Assembly (NCBI GenBank): GCA_030770535.1
Contig: JASVEC010000001.1
Coordinates: 2,108,001-2,172,000, forward strand
Length of the DNA stretch: 64,000 nt
Origin: Batkoa obscura
Lineage: Eukaryota
Direction: 5' to 3'
Shown: positions 1 to 14,210 of the stretch, in pieces
Numbering within the stretch: position 1 is the first letter of the stretch
How the letters are laid out: every line of letters begins with the position of its first letter
Made by a program: the position numbers and the translations under genes
Notes under the pieces: generated by a model
The model's input: the letters and a program-made list of their open reading frames with translations, nothing else
What the model was told of the DNA's origin: nothing
Databases searched by the model: none

Positions 1-3000
1 CATACGGTAATGAGAACAATTCTAATGCAGAAAGAGAAATCCAAGAACATACTGATTCAAGAAATCTTCCTGAACAAAGCGCTTCTAAAAATAGAAGTAG
101 ACCTAAGGTATTTAACTGTTTTTTCAAAAAAAAAATAGGCTTTAATATTTTAACAGCCTTCTCGAACTACCCCTATTTTACAACCATTAAGGAGGCCAAC
201 AATGTCAAGAGATGATTTAAAACAATGTAGTAGTATTATTAAAGCGATGCGCAGGCACCCTGACGCAGGCCCTTTTCTTGAGCCAGTTGACTATAAAAAG
301 CTTAAGCTACTTGATTATCCAACAATTATTAAAAGGCCAATGGATATAGATACAATTGATAAAAAACTCATCGTTTGTGATTATAATAGTGTTGATGAGT
401 TTTTTTCTGATATAAAGCAGATCTTTGATAATTGTTATTTATATAATGGAAAGGATGCACCTGTATCTGTTATGGCTAGCAAGCTTGAAGCTTATTTTAA
501 CAAATATAAACGTGATTTTTCCCATGCTGTAAGTTTTAAATTTCACTTTGGAATATTTTAACTTATAAACTAGACCGAAATATTGGAACAAACTACAAAC
601 CCAGTTACCCATCAGATATCAAGAACTAAACCTAAACCCAAACCTAAACAAGTAATTATTATTTTCTTAAAAAAGAAAAAACATTTAAAAGGTAAATAGC
701 CCTTAAGGAAAGGTTCTCACATAAATGGTAATGGTTCGCATAAAGAAAATACGCGAATTTCAAAATCAAGAATGCCAGCAGAACATTACGAATTTTGTCA
801 GAATTTGATAAAAGAAATGTTCCATAAAAAACACAATGCCTATTCATTCCCTTTCCTTCAGCCAGTAGATTGGGAAGAAATGAATATACCGGATTACCCA
901 ATCATTGTAAAATATCCTATGGATTTTTCTACTGCAAAGACTAAACTTGATACTGGAAAATATAACACGGTTGATGAGTTTGGAGCAGATATTCGTTTGA
1001 TATTTACAAATTGTTATAAATATAATCCTCCATCAGGCCAAGTATATTTAATGGGGAAAAGATTAGAACAGGTTTTTGAGAAAAAATGGGAAGCTAGACG
1101 TGGTTTGTCTGCCTCTATAAATGATGGACTTAGTACTGATGAAACAACATCAGAAGATGACATTGTACCAATCAAAACTGACAGTAATTTACTTTCAATC
1201 TATTTTTATTGTATTGAAAATTCCTAGGATCACAAAGGCAAACCAAGGAAAGTACACGACCAAGTAAACCTGTTAAAAAGGATCCTAGACCTGTTAAAAG
1301 AAAGCATATAAATGAACCTGCAACGAATAAAATTAAGAATATAGTAAAAAGTGGGAAATCTAAAGAAAGTGGTACGAAAAGTAATTATGAAGAATACCCA
1401 CCTGTTACTATGGAACAAATGACTGAATTGAGTGCTGTTATAAACCAATTAGAAGGCGATCAATTAACTACAGTTGTAGATATTATTAGTCAATCAATGC
1501 CAGAAATTATTGGGGTATTTTATTTTTTTATTGAACTTCCAAATTTTAAATGTTTTAGGCAAACAAAGCTATCGAACTTGATGTTAATTCATTGGACAAT
1601 ACTACTTTAGCAAGATTATACGATGAAGTAGTTGAAAACCCAAAAAGGAAACAGGCTAAAATAGCTCATAATGTTGATAGCAGACAGAGTTCAACTCATG
1701 TACCAGCATCTTATAAAAAAACAGGTAAATTAATGACTTTGTATAAAGTAAAGTTGAGAAGTAACTTTATCTTAACAATTTGAAATTAGGTAAAGAAACG
1801 TCCCATAAAAGAGATTTAAGTTCAACAGATGAATCATCTGGTTCAGATTCAGACTCAAGCTCTGGATCAAGCACTTCAGGTAGTAGCGATTGATTTTTTT
1901 TACTTATTATAAGGAACTAAGTAGTTTAATACTTTACTTTAATTACTATGGGTGCTTAATATATTAAGTTTATACCCTAAGCAAATGATTTATTTTAATA
2001 AAAAAAATGATTACATTTTTAACTTATATTTCTTTTTAAAGATTCTTATGGAGTGTCTGAAAATCGTAAATCTAATAGGGTAAAACACTGTTTTTATTTG
2101 TTTAAAATTAAATACTCATTAATATAGCCTATTCTACCATCAGGGACAACAAAGCCTGAAAAAATATTAAAGAATGACACAATGACCCCTAAAGGTAGCT
2201 CACTAATTAATTAATTATAACATATTAAAATTGACTATAGCCAAAGCTTCTGTTAATCAGGTTAAGCCTGTTGAAAAGCAAAGAAGTAATCCACCTTTAC
2301 AAGTAATTACATGCAAATTTAATAACGAAAATGTACTTAATGATTAAAGGGAAAGAATAAATCTCCATCTAATACTCAAAAGAAGCCTGTTGCTAGTGCT
2401 AATCCTGAACCCAAATTACACAAGGATAATGACACATCTAATGTCACTCCCAAACTTCAGTCTTCTACAAAAGAAGCAGCTGATCAAGAACGAAAGGAAA
2501 GGCTGGAAAGACAATTGGCACGTGATGAGGAGATTGCTAGGTATAATTATATCAATGTTTTGGTATTTAATATTCATCCTTTTTTAGAGAAGTTGCTAAA
2601 AGGAAGAGACAAATTGAAGATGAAATTAAACAAAGGGTTGAGAAAGATAAAGAAAACAGAGTAGAACTCCAAGTAATAACATTAATATACTTTACTATTT
2701 TAAACTAACCTTAAACATCATAGATTCCACCTTTGGATTTTTTATTTCAATCTCGAGAAATCATTAAGTTTGAAGAAAGGCTTTCTCACGAATATTTTAT
2801 GGCCCATAAAAAGATAGCAGCCAATAATACTCAAACACAGCGTAAAGACCAAGCCATTATTGATAATAACCATACTATTATTCCGGCCAATTCGAATCTT
2901 ATGAATCAAAATGAAGCTCAAAATGTTGAGGCACACCATCCTAAACCTCCAGAAGACAATCCACCACCACCACCCATTGAAAATAAGGGTTTCAATCACC

Positions 3001-3083
3001 AAGGTCAGTCCCTCAGCCCTCCTTTAGCTAACCCACCTTCTCCAAAAAAAAATGATCTGGAAGAAGGTGAACTTGATGAATAA
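1..3083 (+). CDS. BDF1: BET-family double bromodomain + ET domain protein (Bdf1/BRD4-like), 5'-partial, multi-exon; short isoform stops at 1893, long isoform at 3083
   Basis: BD1 (PFLEPVD..DYPTIIKRPMD..NCYLYN, 202-530), BD2 (FPFLQPVD..PDYPIIVKYPMD..NCYKYN, 772-1180), ET domain (ELSAVINQL..IELDVNSLDNTTL) and Ser/Asp-rich tail. Six further exons in 2042-3083 splice in frame via GT-AG introns. Confidence 0.92.
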
Positions 3084-3588
3084 GTTAGCGTTAGATAATT
3101 TCATTTTATTAAATCAATGTGTAACATTTTTATATTCGCTAATAAATTTAAAATAAGTGTTTTGTATTAAATAACTTATATTTATAATTAGTATTTTAAT
3201 TTCCCTGTTTGTGCTTTTCTAAACAAGAGACCATTTCCCGTTTTAACTAATGACTTTTTCAGCATGTATTGTATAAAAATTAAAATAAACGATATAAATA
3301 AAATCAATTATATAACTAGAGTTTGATATGGTTTAGGTGAAATTTTGCTCATTCTACTTAATACAATCTGATTGTTCAACATAATCAAATTCCATTTTAG
3401 TCCTTTACTGTGCTTTTCTTACACATCATAAATCATCATTTCGCTGTCCTTATAAAAATCCAAATAAAATCGATATAAAGCCTATTATTGTAAATTGTAA
3501 AATTCTATTCAATTCGGTTAGTGTAAAATCACAATAAAGTGATTTTATTTTTAAATTATTTTGACTACCATTATAAATGAAAAACAGT

Positions 3589-4417
3589 TTAACGGTAACG
3601 ACGAAGGGAAGTAGTGTTACGACGTAACCAAGAGGCCTTACGAGAACCACCAATAGTCTTGTTGAAAGCATGACCCTTTCCAATACCACGGGCTTTCTTA
3701 CCAGTGGAGGTAAGTCCACGCATTTCACGATGTTTGTGAGTGGCTTTGGTGATCCATTGGATACGAGGATCACGACGGATAGCAGCGTGAGCTGGATCAA
3801 CTAAAATGACTTCAAAATATTTGTAGGTACCGTCTTGGTTAACCCAGTATGAGTTAAGAACACGGAGGGCACCGCAGTGACGACCAACACGTTCTTCAGC
3901 AATTGAACGGTGGGAACGTTTTGATTTAAGTTCGTTGATACCTTGGTTGACTGGTTTACCGAAAACGGCACCTTTCTTTACTTGTCTCTTACGACCACCA
4001 CGACGGACACGTACACGGTAGATAACATAACCTTGTTTGGCCTAAAATCATTAGTTTTTTGTATACTTTTTTTGTAATTATATATTTACTTTGTAACCGA
4101 GACGACGAGCCTTATCTGGGCGAGATGGACGGGAAGCACGGTGAATTACGTTGAGCTGTCTGATGTTGGCAAGGAATTAACATAAAAAAATTAAGTTAGA
4201 AACTTGAAGTGTAATGCTTAGTCATTGGAATGAAGAGATAAATCTCAACATAACCTAAGGGATAAGGACTAACCTGTATTCCCAGCATCTTACACGGAGC
4301 AAGAAGCGCATAATATCAGATTGCTTCTTTTTGCTTAATTCTTCGAGGTATTTATAGGCTATAACCTCATTTAAAACCAGAATTATATTATATTTAACAT
4401 TTGATCTTACCACCCAT
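3589..4417 (-). CDS. RPL15: 60S ribosomal protein L15 (eL15); exons 4417-4411, 4358-4274, 4159-4090, 4041-3589
   Basis: Spliced translation [73 protein letters not shown]...LRRYR*; probable 5'UTR intron ~4433-4558. Confidence 0.97.
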
Positions 4418-5839
4418 TTTATTTTAGTCCGTCTAAAATAAGAAAATTAGTCAATTACATCCATCAAAATATTTTTTGGTCTTCTATTTTTTCTGCTGTT
4501 GATAACTATTGGTTTTATTCCTTCGCTTTTATATATCTTATTAAATCAAATAACTCACCTTACAATTAGTATAAGCTGTAGGATGTGAAAAGGAAGAATA
4601 TTTCTCCCTAAGTCCTAAGTTGATATTATGTTCTGCTTATTTTTTCGTTAATTTCATGATTTATGCAAATTTTACGATTTTAGAATTCAAATTAGAATAT
4701 CAAAGTTAAACATATTGAAGTCTTTAAATATGACTAAATTATAGCTATATAATTTAGATAAATGATAATAAGACAATATTTTAATATGTAGTTCTTAACA
4801 TTCAATTATTTCAATAGTAGATATCTTTATTTCATATTTTGTTTATCTTTGCCAAATATCTCATAATTTACGAATTTTAACATAAATTTGATTATAATAT
4901 TGTTAAAATAAATTTGTTAAACTAATATTTTTTTGGTTAGTATTTTACATAGCATTTTAGCATAATTATATACTTTGTTTTAAGTCAGAATTAATGATTA
5001 TAAATTTTTAACTGAAGTTATTGGTTTTTATACTAGAGTATTATGATATAAAATTAACCGAATTAACCTTAAAGTGAAATCAAATATAATTATTTAAATA
5101 TTATTTATTTATAATAATACTTTACAATAAGACCAACTATTTTTTTATATTTAATGACATTGATAAGTAGCGGCTTTACAAAACATATTTTTGGTATATT
5201 GTTTTACTTGATTGTTAAGATCCTGAGATTATAGAAACAATATATTAACAAAAAATATAAAGATTAAAGGAAAAATAACAGCTATATTTGTAATAAAGAA
5301 CCATCGATATGTATTATAAGGTTCTTTGCGATAACTTTTTTAAAGTCATATAATACACTGCATTTAATACAAGGTGACTATAAAGATTAAAATAATTTTG
5401 GTTATTGGACATATCTTTAGAAATAAAAACTAAAACAATTTCTTGTAATTTATCTTTACTCTGATTTTATTCATTACTTGATTAGTCATTCTTTAACTAT
5501 TATATTATAACAAATTTATAAGATATTGATCCTATATATATGTGATGGGTACAGGTAGCATATATATGTTATCTTCTATAAACCTTGATGTATTTGTTTA
5601 GTTTATATACAGCATCAGGTTTAAAAGTAATTCAACTAAAAGCGCATTTGATGTATTTTATGATGATAACATAATTATTTTATTGAGTCAGGTCTCTGGA
5701 ACTTACTATCGAATGCAACTAAAAACTCAACTATTTATTTTCACTTTATATTTAAAGCAGAATATAGATGTGTTTACGATATCATTTACAGTCTGCTGCA
5801 TAAAACAAGGTAAAGCCATAATTTATTCGATCAGTATAT

Positions 5840-5930
5840 GAGGATGTTTTGGTTTCATCATTTTCCATTTTTTAAGCGCTATTTGAGCGGAAAGATTGTT
5901 AGTAAAATTCTTAAACAAAAATGCATCCCT
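5840..5930 (-). mobile_element. ~100-bp MITE family A copy (+ defined as GGGGATGTATTTTTGTGTTTAAGAATTTT...)
   Basis: Matches dispersed consensus; ATAT on both sides (5836-39, 5931-34). Confidence 0.85.
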
Positions 5931-6402
5931 ATATTTTCATTTTGTTATATAAGGTACCAATCTTATTAATGGTTCTTGTAATAATAGACTGCCAGCATTT
6001 TACGAAGTTATATATAAATACTTATTTTGCTAATGGATCTGTAATTAAATATATTTTGATATTCTTTTGGACATATTTAACTAAATATTTAAAGTTTGAT
6101 TTCTTTTTCAAAATGGACAAAAAAATCTTAAAGGAAAACTAACTAGCAGCATCAGGAAGTAAAGATAAATATTTAGTGCGTATTCAAGCTTGTTTAGACT
6201 GGAACAATCCAACACTGAATATTTAATTTTCAGTTTGATCGAAGATTTTAATTCTAAGATATTTGAAATTATACTACTAAATTATAGAAAAGTTAAAATC
6301 AAAAGAAACAATGTCAAGGCTATAATTTAAATGATACAACTATTTTTTAGATTATTTATAGCGAAAATAAATTAAAACTACAACCAATAAATTTCAATAT
6401 AT

Positions 6403-6501
6403 GGGGATGTATTTTTATGTTTAAGAATTTTACTAACAATCTTTCCGCTCAAATAGCGCTTAAAAAATGGAAGAAGTGATGAAACCAAAAAAAACATCTC
6501 C
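6403..6501 (+). mobile_element. MITE family A copy
   Basis: GGGGATGTATTTTT...AAAACATCTCC; TSD ATAT. Confidence 0.9.
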
Positions 6502-6701
6502 ATATAATCTATTATATCTAGTATATTTTAATGTCTTTATAAGGTCCACATTTTCAACTTTAGTAATTTTACATTAATCTATAAGCACTTTGTCACTAAA
6601 TCCATCATAAATCTATTTTCTAAAAAGTAATTAAAATGTAACTACATTAATTTATTAATTTACAAATCAGTGTTGTACTGAGTTTAAACGAACTATTTCA
6701 T

Positions 6702-7055
6702 TTAAAGTAGATAAAAGAACGATATCAACATTACAGAGAAGATGATATAGTTTGGCGAGCCATAAGAGAGTATGCTATTTGATGAGCTTTTGGCGAGATT
6801 TTGACCATTATTATTATTCTTTGATTTATCAGTGACATTCCAACCAGTAAGTTTTTCGATTCCTTCACCAATACCATTGATAATACTATCAGGCGTAACA
6901 TCTCTTTTGTCGTTATGGTGGAAAGGTAAATGTTCCTTTAAATCTTTCACTACCTTTTGGGCACGCTCTTTGATGGAGTGTAAAGAAAGGTTATCAGGTA
7001 TATGGAAGGCTTGAAGGCAAGCAATTAATAGAAAAAAAAAAATGAAGAATCTCAT
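6702..7055 (-). CDS. Small secreted, possibly GPI-anchored protein (117 aa)
   Basis: Hydrophobic N-terminal signal (MRFFIFFFLLIACLQA), internal KR dibasic site, SSSNS followed by a hydrophobic C-terminal tail. Confidence 0.7.
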   Translation of the reverse strand: MRFFIFFFLLIACLQAFHIPDNLSLHSIKERAQKVVKDLKEHLPFHHNDKRDVTPDSIINGIGEGIEKLTGWNVTDKSKNNNNGQNLAKSSSNSILSYGSPNYIIFSVMLISFFYLL

Positions 7056-8297
7056 ATTGCGGTTTGTTCGTAATAGGCTTATAGATAAAAGGACAAAAAG
7101 AAGTCCATTTTTATTATTTATATTTTACACAATGTCCCGTTTTTTTATTTTCACGGACAAATAAGGGGTTTGTTATTTTTAAATCTCACGGAGTATCTCT
7201 AGAGCCTTGATTTGTTATTTCCCAATTTTCGGATTTGTTTTAAAACTACTACAATTTGCTATAAATAAACTTAATAAAGATTTTAAAAGAGTATACTAAT
7301 TCTATCTAGTGTTCTGATATAATACCATACTTTTGAGTAACGATACTATCTTAATAACCGTTTAGCTTATTATTATTTTAAAAATGTAATATTTTGATTA
7401 CAGCTAATAGTCTTTTCTAGAATAAAGTTATTTTGCAGGAGAAATATTAAAAATGATGTTCTTTTATATAATCATGCTGTTGATTTAGTAACAAGTAGGT
7501 GAAATAACTTTAACATCTAACATAATGGAGCAATTAATAAAGCAGTATTTTATGGTGTACCAGAAAAATTTGATAGATATTTTGTGAATTACTATTACCA
7601 AAAATGAGCTTGTTACTTTAAGATAATTTTATATTTATAAACGATATTATAATAAATAAAATAGTAAAAGGGATAGCTATTCGAGTATGATATTTTAAAT
7701 CTAGTATCTAATCGAATTTGAAGGTATATTCTTTAAGCTTTATCTCCAGGATGATGATCTATACCTCCAAAATACTTATTTTGATCAAACAAATAGAAGC
7801 AAATTTAACTATTTATATCAGTTTTATTATTATATAAATTATATTAACAATAGCATGACAAATTAAATTTCTCCTTAAAAATCATCATAATTTCATTAGT
7901 AATCGTGGATAATGAATTATATTTTAAAGCAATACAATGAAATATAGTATAAAAGTTATACCATAAAGCGTTGATTAACATATAAATGAAATTAGGTATA
8001 TGGCTGTTGCTCTAACTATAATATTTAGTACATTTATGTTGGACTAAATGATCTAAATTTCAAATAAGATAGTAAATAGAAATAAGGAATAAAAGGCAAT
8101 TTACGAATTTAAACTCTAAATTACAAAACTACTATACTAATGTAATCTGCTAAATACAACATGATAGATTTAGTTTGATTACTGTTCTGGACAGCATTTT
8201 TAATAAACAGTAAGATGTAAAAATTGAACGCGAAAATTAATACCAGTAATTAAAGCTACAAATTTAAACATAATCAACCCATTTTTACTAAAATAAA

Positions 8298-9172
8298 ATG
8301 AGACTAAAAGTATATGATTTAGTTGATCATACAGATGGTGCAAACTTCAGTTCCTTTGGTTGGAGGGTAAGGTTATGTTTAAAACATAAGGTAAATTGAC
8401 AGCTTGGACGCTTACCTGATGAGTAGCTAATTCAATATATAGGGTTTACTGTTTGAAAAGGTAGATCTAACTTTTCATCAAATACAAACTGAAATACCAA
8501 AGATAAGGTAGTTTCGTTTAAATATTCAAAAAATCGAATTAACCTTTATAATTAGCAATGGGAAATGGAAGTTGACCCCATTATTAGTAGATGATGGGGA
8601 GGTAGTAGCAAATAGTAGGGATATTGCAGAATATTTAGAAGACAAATATAGCGATCAACCTTCATTATTTCCAAACGGAAAAGAATATTCTTTCTTCTTA
8701 GAAAATTATATTTCAACCCATATGAGAAAATTGTTTAGTTTGTGTGTGTTATACATTTATAATAATTTGCATGGCGAAGATAAAGTTTATTTTAAAAACT
8801 TAAGAGAGACTCAATTCAATAAACCCTTGGAACAGATTGCTGAAGAACCTGGTCCAATTTATCTTCAGATTTCCAATGCGTTAAAACCTTTTATTAGTAC
8901 TCTAAAGGTTTATAAGTATCTCGAAGGCGAAACTGGTAATTTATTATTAATGTTTTAATGCTGGTTAATATCATACGTTTTTAGTAACCTATTCCGATTA
9001 TCTTTTATTTGGGACTTTACAGTGGGTTCGAATTTTAGCACCTGTTCATTTTGATAATATTATTAAAATGGAAACCCAAGAGAGTGACGATACTCCTGTA
9101 CTTTTAGCTTGGTTTAACTCAATCGCTCATCTTTATTCAGAGTATGGGAATGATACTCCAATTTATTATTAA
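8298..9172 (+). CDS. Glutathione S-transferase, LigE/beta-etherase-like; exons 8298-8390, 8443-8507, 8556-8935, 8985-9172
   Basis: MRLKVYDL..FSSFGWRVRLCLKHKG, TPLLVDDGEVVANSRDIAEYLEDKY, C-terminal TYSDYLLFGTLQWVR. Confidence 0.82.
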
Positions 9173-9373
9173 TCTTATGTGAATAAAATTGAATTTTTTT
9201 TTCTATTATTAGTTGCAAAAATATTACAGTTCCACCAATAAGATCAACCCTCTTCTAGTTAGCTTAGTTTTTAACGTCATCTAAGCTTTCATTAAGTTAA
9301 AAATTTAGAATTGAAATTTGTTAGATTGTATTTTAATTACATTAAAAGCTAGCTTAAATTTTAAAGAATCAAT

Positions 9374-11134
<1,761 letters not shown>

Positions 11135-11770
11135 ATTTTATTTTTCTAAATAATTTTGTGATATCGTTTAAGTATTTTCTTTTTGATTTTTGATTTCATA
11201 AATAATCAACAAATACTGAAACAAAATTGTTATTGGCTTAGCAAAAAAAGAAATAGAAATAGAATAGTTCAATATTTTAAATAGGGGTTTAATATCAATT
11301 AGAAGCAAAATCTTAAAAAGCACTTAACTCGACCCTTTAGTTATTCGCTAAAGAATCATTAAAAACTTAAAGTCAATGCTTAAAAAAGGATAGTATTACT
11401 CATGTTTGAGTTTTCACTAATGTTTCCAATAATCTACTTCAATACTATTATCGCTACAAGTTAAGCCGGATTTGTTAATCCTGAAATGATCAAAATATAT
11501 TAAAGCCTAAATATAGTAATTTATTGTTTTATATTAATTATATTTTTGATCACTTTCTATTAAATCATTTAGCAACGCATTATTATGCTTTATTTAAGAT
11601 TAAAAGCCAGATATTAAATTTAATGAAAAAGTTTATAATAAACCGTTGGGAATATCTATTTTGAAATTAACATAAGTTATTATTATGGTCTTTATGTCTT
11701 CCTATATTTAAAATAATTGCAGTGGATCTACTAAGTTAACTTTAGTTATGTATGTATTAAATATCAATAT

Positions 11771-11869
11771 GGGGATGTTTTTTTTGGTTTCATTATTTTT
11801 TACATTTTTTAAGCGCTATTTGAGTAGAATAATTGTTAGTAAAATTCTTAAACAAAAAAATACATCCCC
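11771..11869 (-). mobile_element. MITE family A copy
   Basis: Both TIRs intact; TSD ATAT. Confidence 0.9.
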
Positions 11870-12294
11870 ATATAAAAGTAAATATAGAGTTGTTAACTAT
11901 AATGAATAGAAATTGTTTAAAAGTATAAACGAAATAAATAATAAAAGCTACTACTTTAGTTATACATTTTCTTACTATGATTGTAAGCTCTCGATTAAAA
12001 AACATATATTGACATTAACAATCCCAGATATTAAATCAGATCTTTGAGAATATTAAGCTATGTTTTTAGGTGATACTAAAGGTCTCTCCCTATAATTTTT
12101 TTATTTACATGTTTTGGGAGTTCATACATCCTAGTCAATAAATTTATGTATATGTGTTGGTTGTTCATTCTTTGATTTTTTTTACCCTTGTTACATAAAT
12201 TTTTAATCAATTCTAACAAAATAAAGTTACAAGGCACCACCTGACTTCAACCTTGAAGTTTTCAAAAAATAAGCTTCAATAAAAATTAACATAT

Positions 12295-12431
12295 AGGAGT
12301 GTTTTTTTTGGCTTCACTTTTTTCATCTTTTAAGCACTATTTAAGTGGAAAGACTATCCAGTAAAATTCTTGAACACAAAAATAGTGTTTAAAAAATGAA
12401 AAAAGTGATGAAGCCAAAAAAAAACACTCCT
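12295..12431. mobile_element. MITE family A rearranged copy with two identical ends
   Basis: AGGAGTGTTTTTTTTGGCTTCA...TGAAGCCAAAAAAAAACACTCCT; ATAT on both sides. Confidence 0.85.
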
Positions 12432-12793
12432 ATATTAAATAAGTCAATAAGTATTGTTTATGTTTAATATTATTAGAACTACTTGAATATAAAATGAACA
12501 ATTATAAATCTCAATAGTTCTGATCATGAAAATAAAGTAATCAAAATAATCAAGAAACGAGAGATAAATTAAATGTAAAATTGCTCCATAAATTTTCGAA
12601 AAAAAGAGCTGACAATGACCAAACTAGGTAAAAGTGAACTATGAAGCCACTCAAAAAAACTGGAAACTGAATAGTAATAACCACCAATTAAAGCATTAAA
12701 ATTGAAGTCAAAAACTAGCAAGCAAGTGAAAAATTTAGATTAAAGAATGAACAAAAAGAGCATTTTTAATAATATTTTTCTAACTAATAGCTA

Positions 12794-14146
12794 ATGACAA
12801 TCCAAGTACAAGTCAATTTCCACCAGGAAGGGGTTTTCTATTGTAATGAAAAATTAAGAGTATCCTTTAAATTTATCAATTGTATACAAAAAGAGGATAT
12901 TATACCAATAGAAGAAAAAAACTATCGAGGAAATGGCAATGAAATACTAAAATCCCGGTTAAGAAAAAATTCTTCTTTGAGTGAATATAACGTTGATGAT
13001 ATTAAAAGTGCTCCCAGTTCAAGATCAAGTACTGAATCTTATAATCGATTTGGTTCTATGGGATTTAAACCAAATAGATCAAACTCAAGTACGTCTTATT
13101 ATCAGGGAGAAGGGATGGAAGGGGATGAAGTTAATAAAAAGGATATGGAATCCAATCATCAAAGTACACAAAGTATGCCACATTTTAGAAATTCAGAGGA
13201 AGTAACCAATATCCATTCACAATTAAGAAATTTTCGACCATCTTCTGTATCCTCGTGGTTTTCTTCGTTTTCTACTTTAGGGGCAGATAATAAATCTTTA
13301 AATGGTAAGCTAAATTTTAATTTTTAACTTAGATGTTAAATAAAAACAAATAGTCAACAATACACCCATAGCTAAAAAAGAAAAATTATTATGGGGTTTT
13401 GCTCAATTAGTGGGCCACTTTGTATTAGATGAAAATTTAGTACAAACAAATGCTTTTGAACCATTAAAAGAAAAAAGAATGTATAGGGCTGCTAATGGTG
13501 TAGGCCATGGTGGTAGTTTAGGAGGTGGTACTTTTGGTTATAATGCCTCTACTTTTATCAATGGGAATTCAAAAAATTCTACGATGGCGGATTTAAAGAG
13601 ACAGGGTGGTAATAATTTATTATTTTGGAATAATGAGCTTATTGTTAATAATATTTTTATTTATTTAGAAAGTAAATTATTTCCAGTTTACTCTACACCA
13701 CCATCGGTTTTATTTTGTGATATTACATTGGAACCTGGGGAATCAGTGATATGTAAGCTTTAATTTAATTTAAATAATAAAATAGAGGATTTTATTTAAT
13801 TGTTATTAATAGATGATTATGAAATTCAATTACCTGAAAATTTACCACCTAGTTATAGGGGGAAATCAGCAAGATTTTTATATTATTTAATATTAGGTAC
13901 TCAACAAGGTGAAATTACTTTAGAACCCAATGTAGTTCAATTACCTTTTAGATTATTCAATACTAAGAATGGTAAACATTTATTATTATATTAATTGTTT
14001 TATGTTTATTTATTAAATCTATATAGAATATGGAGAATCATCAACATATAATTTACTACAACCTGAATTAATATATTCGGATGATGCTATTGTAAAAAAT
14101 AATCAAGATAAAATTAAAATTAAAAAATATCAAACAAATGGTAAAT

Positions 14147-14210
<64 letters not shown>

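Noticed and set aside
3450..3800. 116-aa ORF on the minus strand
   Set aside because: Alternative frame overlapping the last RPL15 exon and 3'UTR.
5200..5830. Possibly coding-like decayed sequence (also ~7420-7800, ~29100-29280, ~36820-37350)
   Set aside because: No sustained frame or recognisable motif; cannot support a gene or transposase call.
12860..12868. GTATCCTTT, a U12-type 5' splice site consensus
   Set aside because: It lies inside the open N-terminal RGP1 coding frame, with no matching U12 branch site or acceptor seen.
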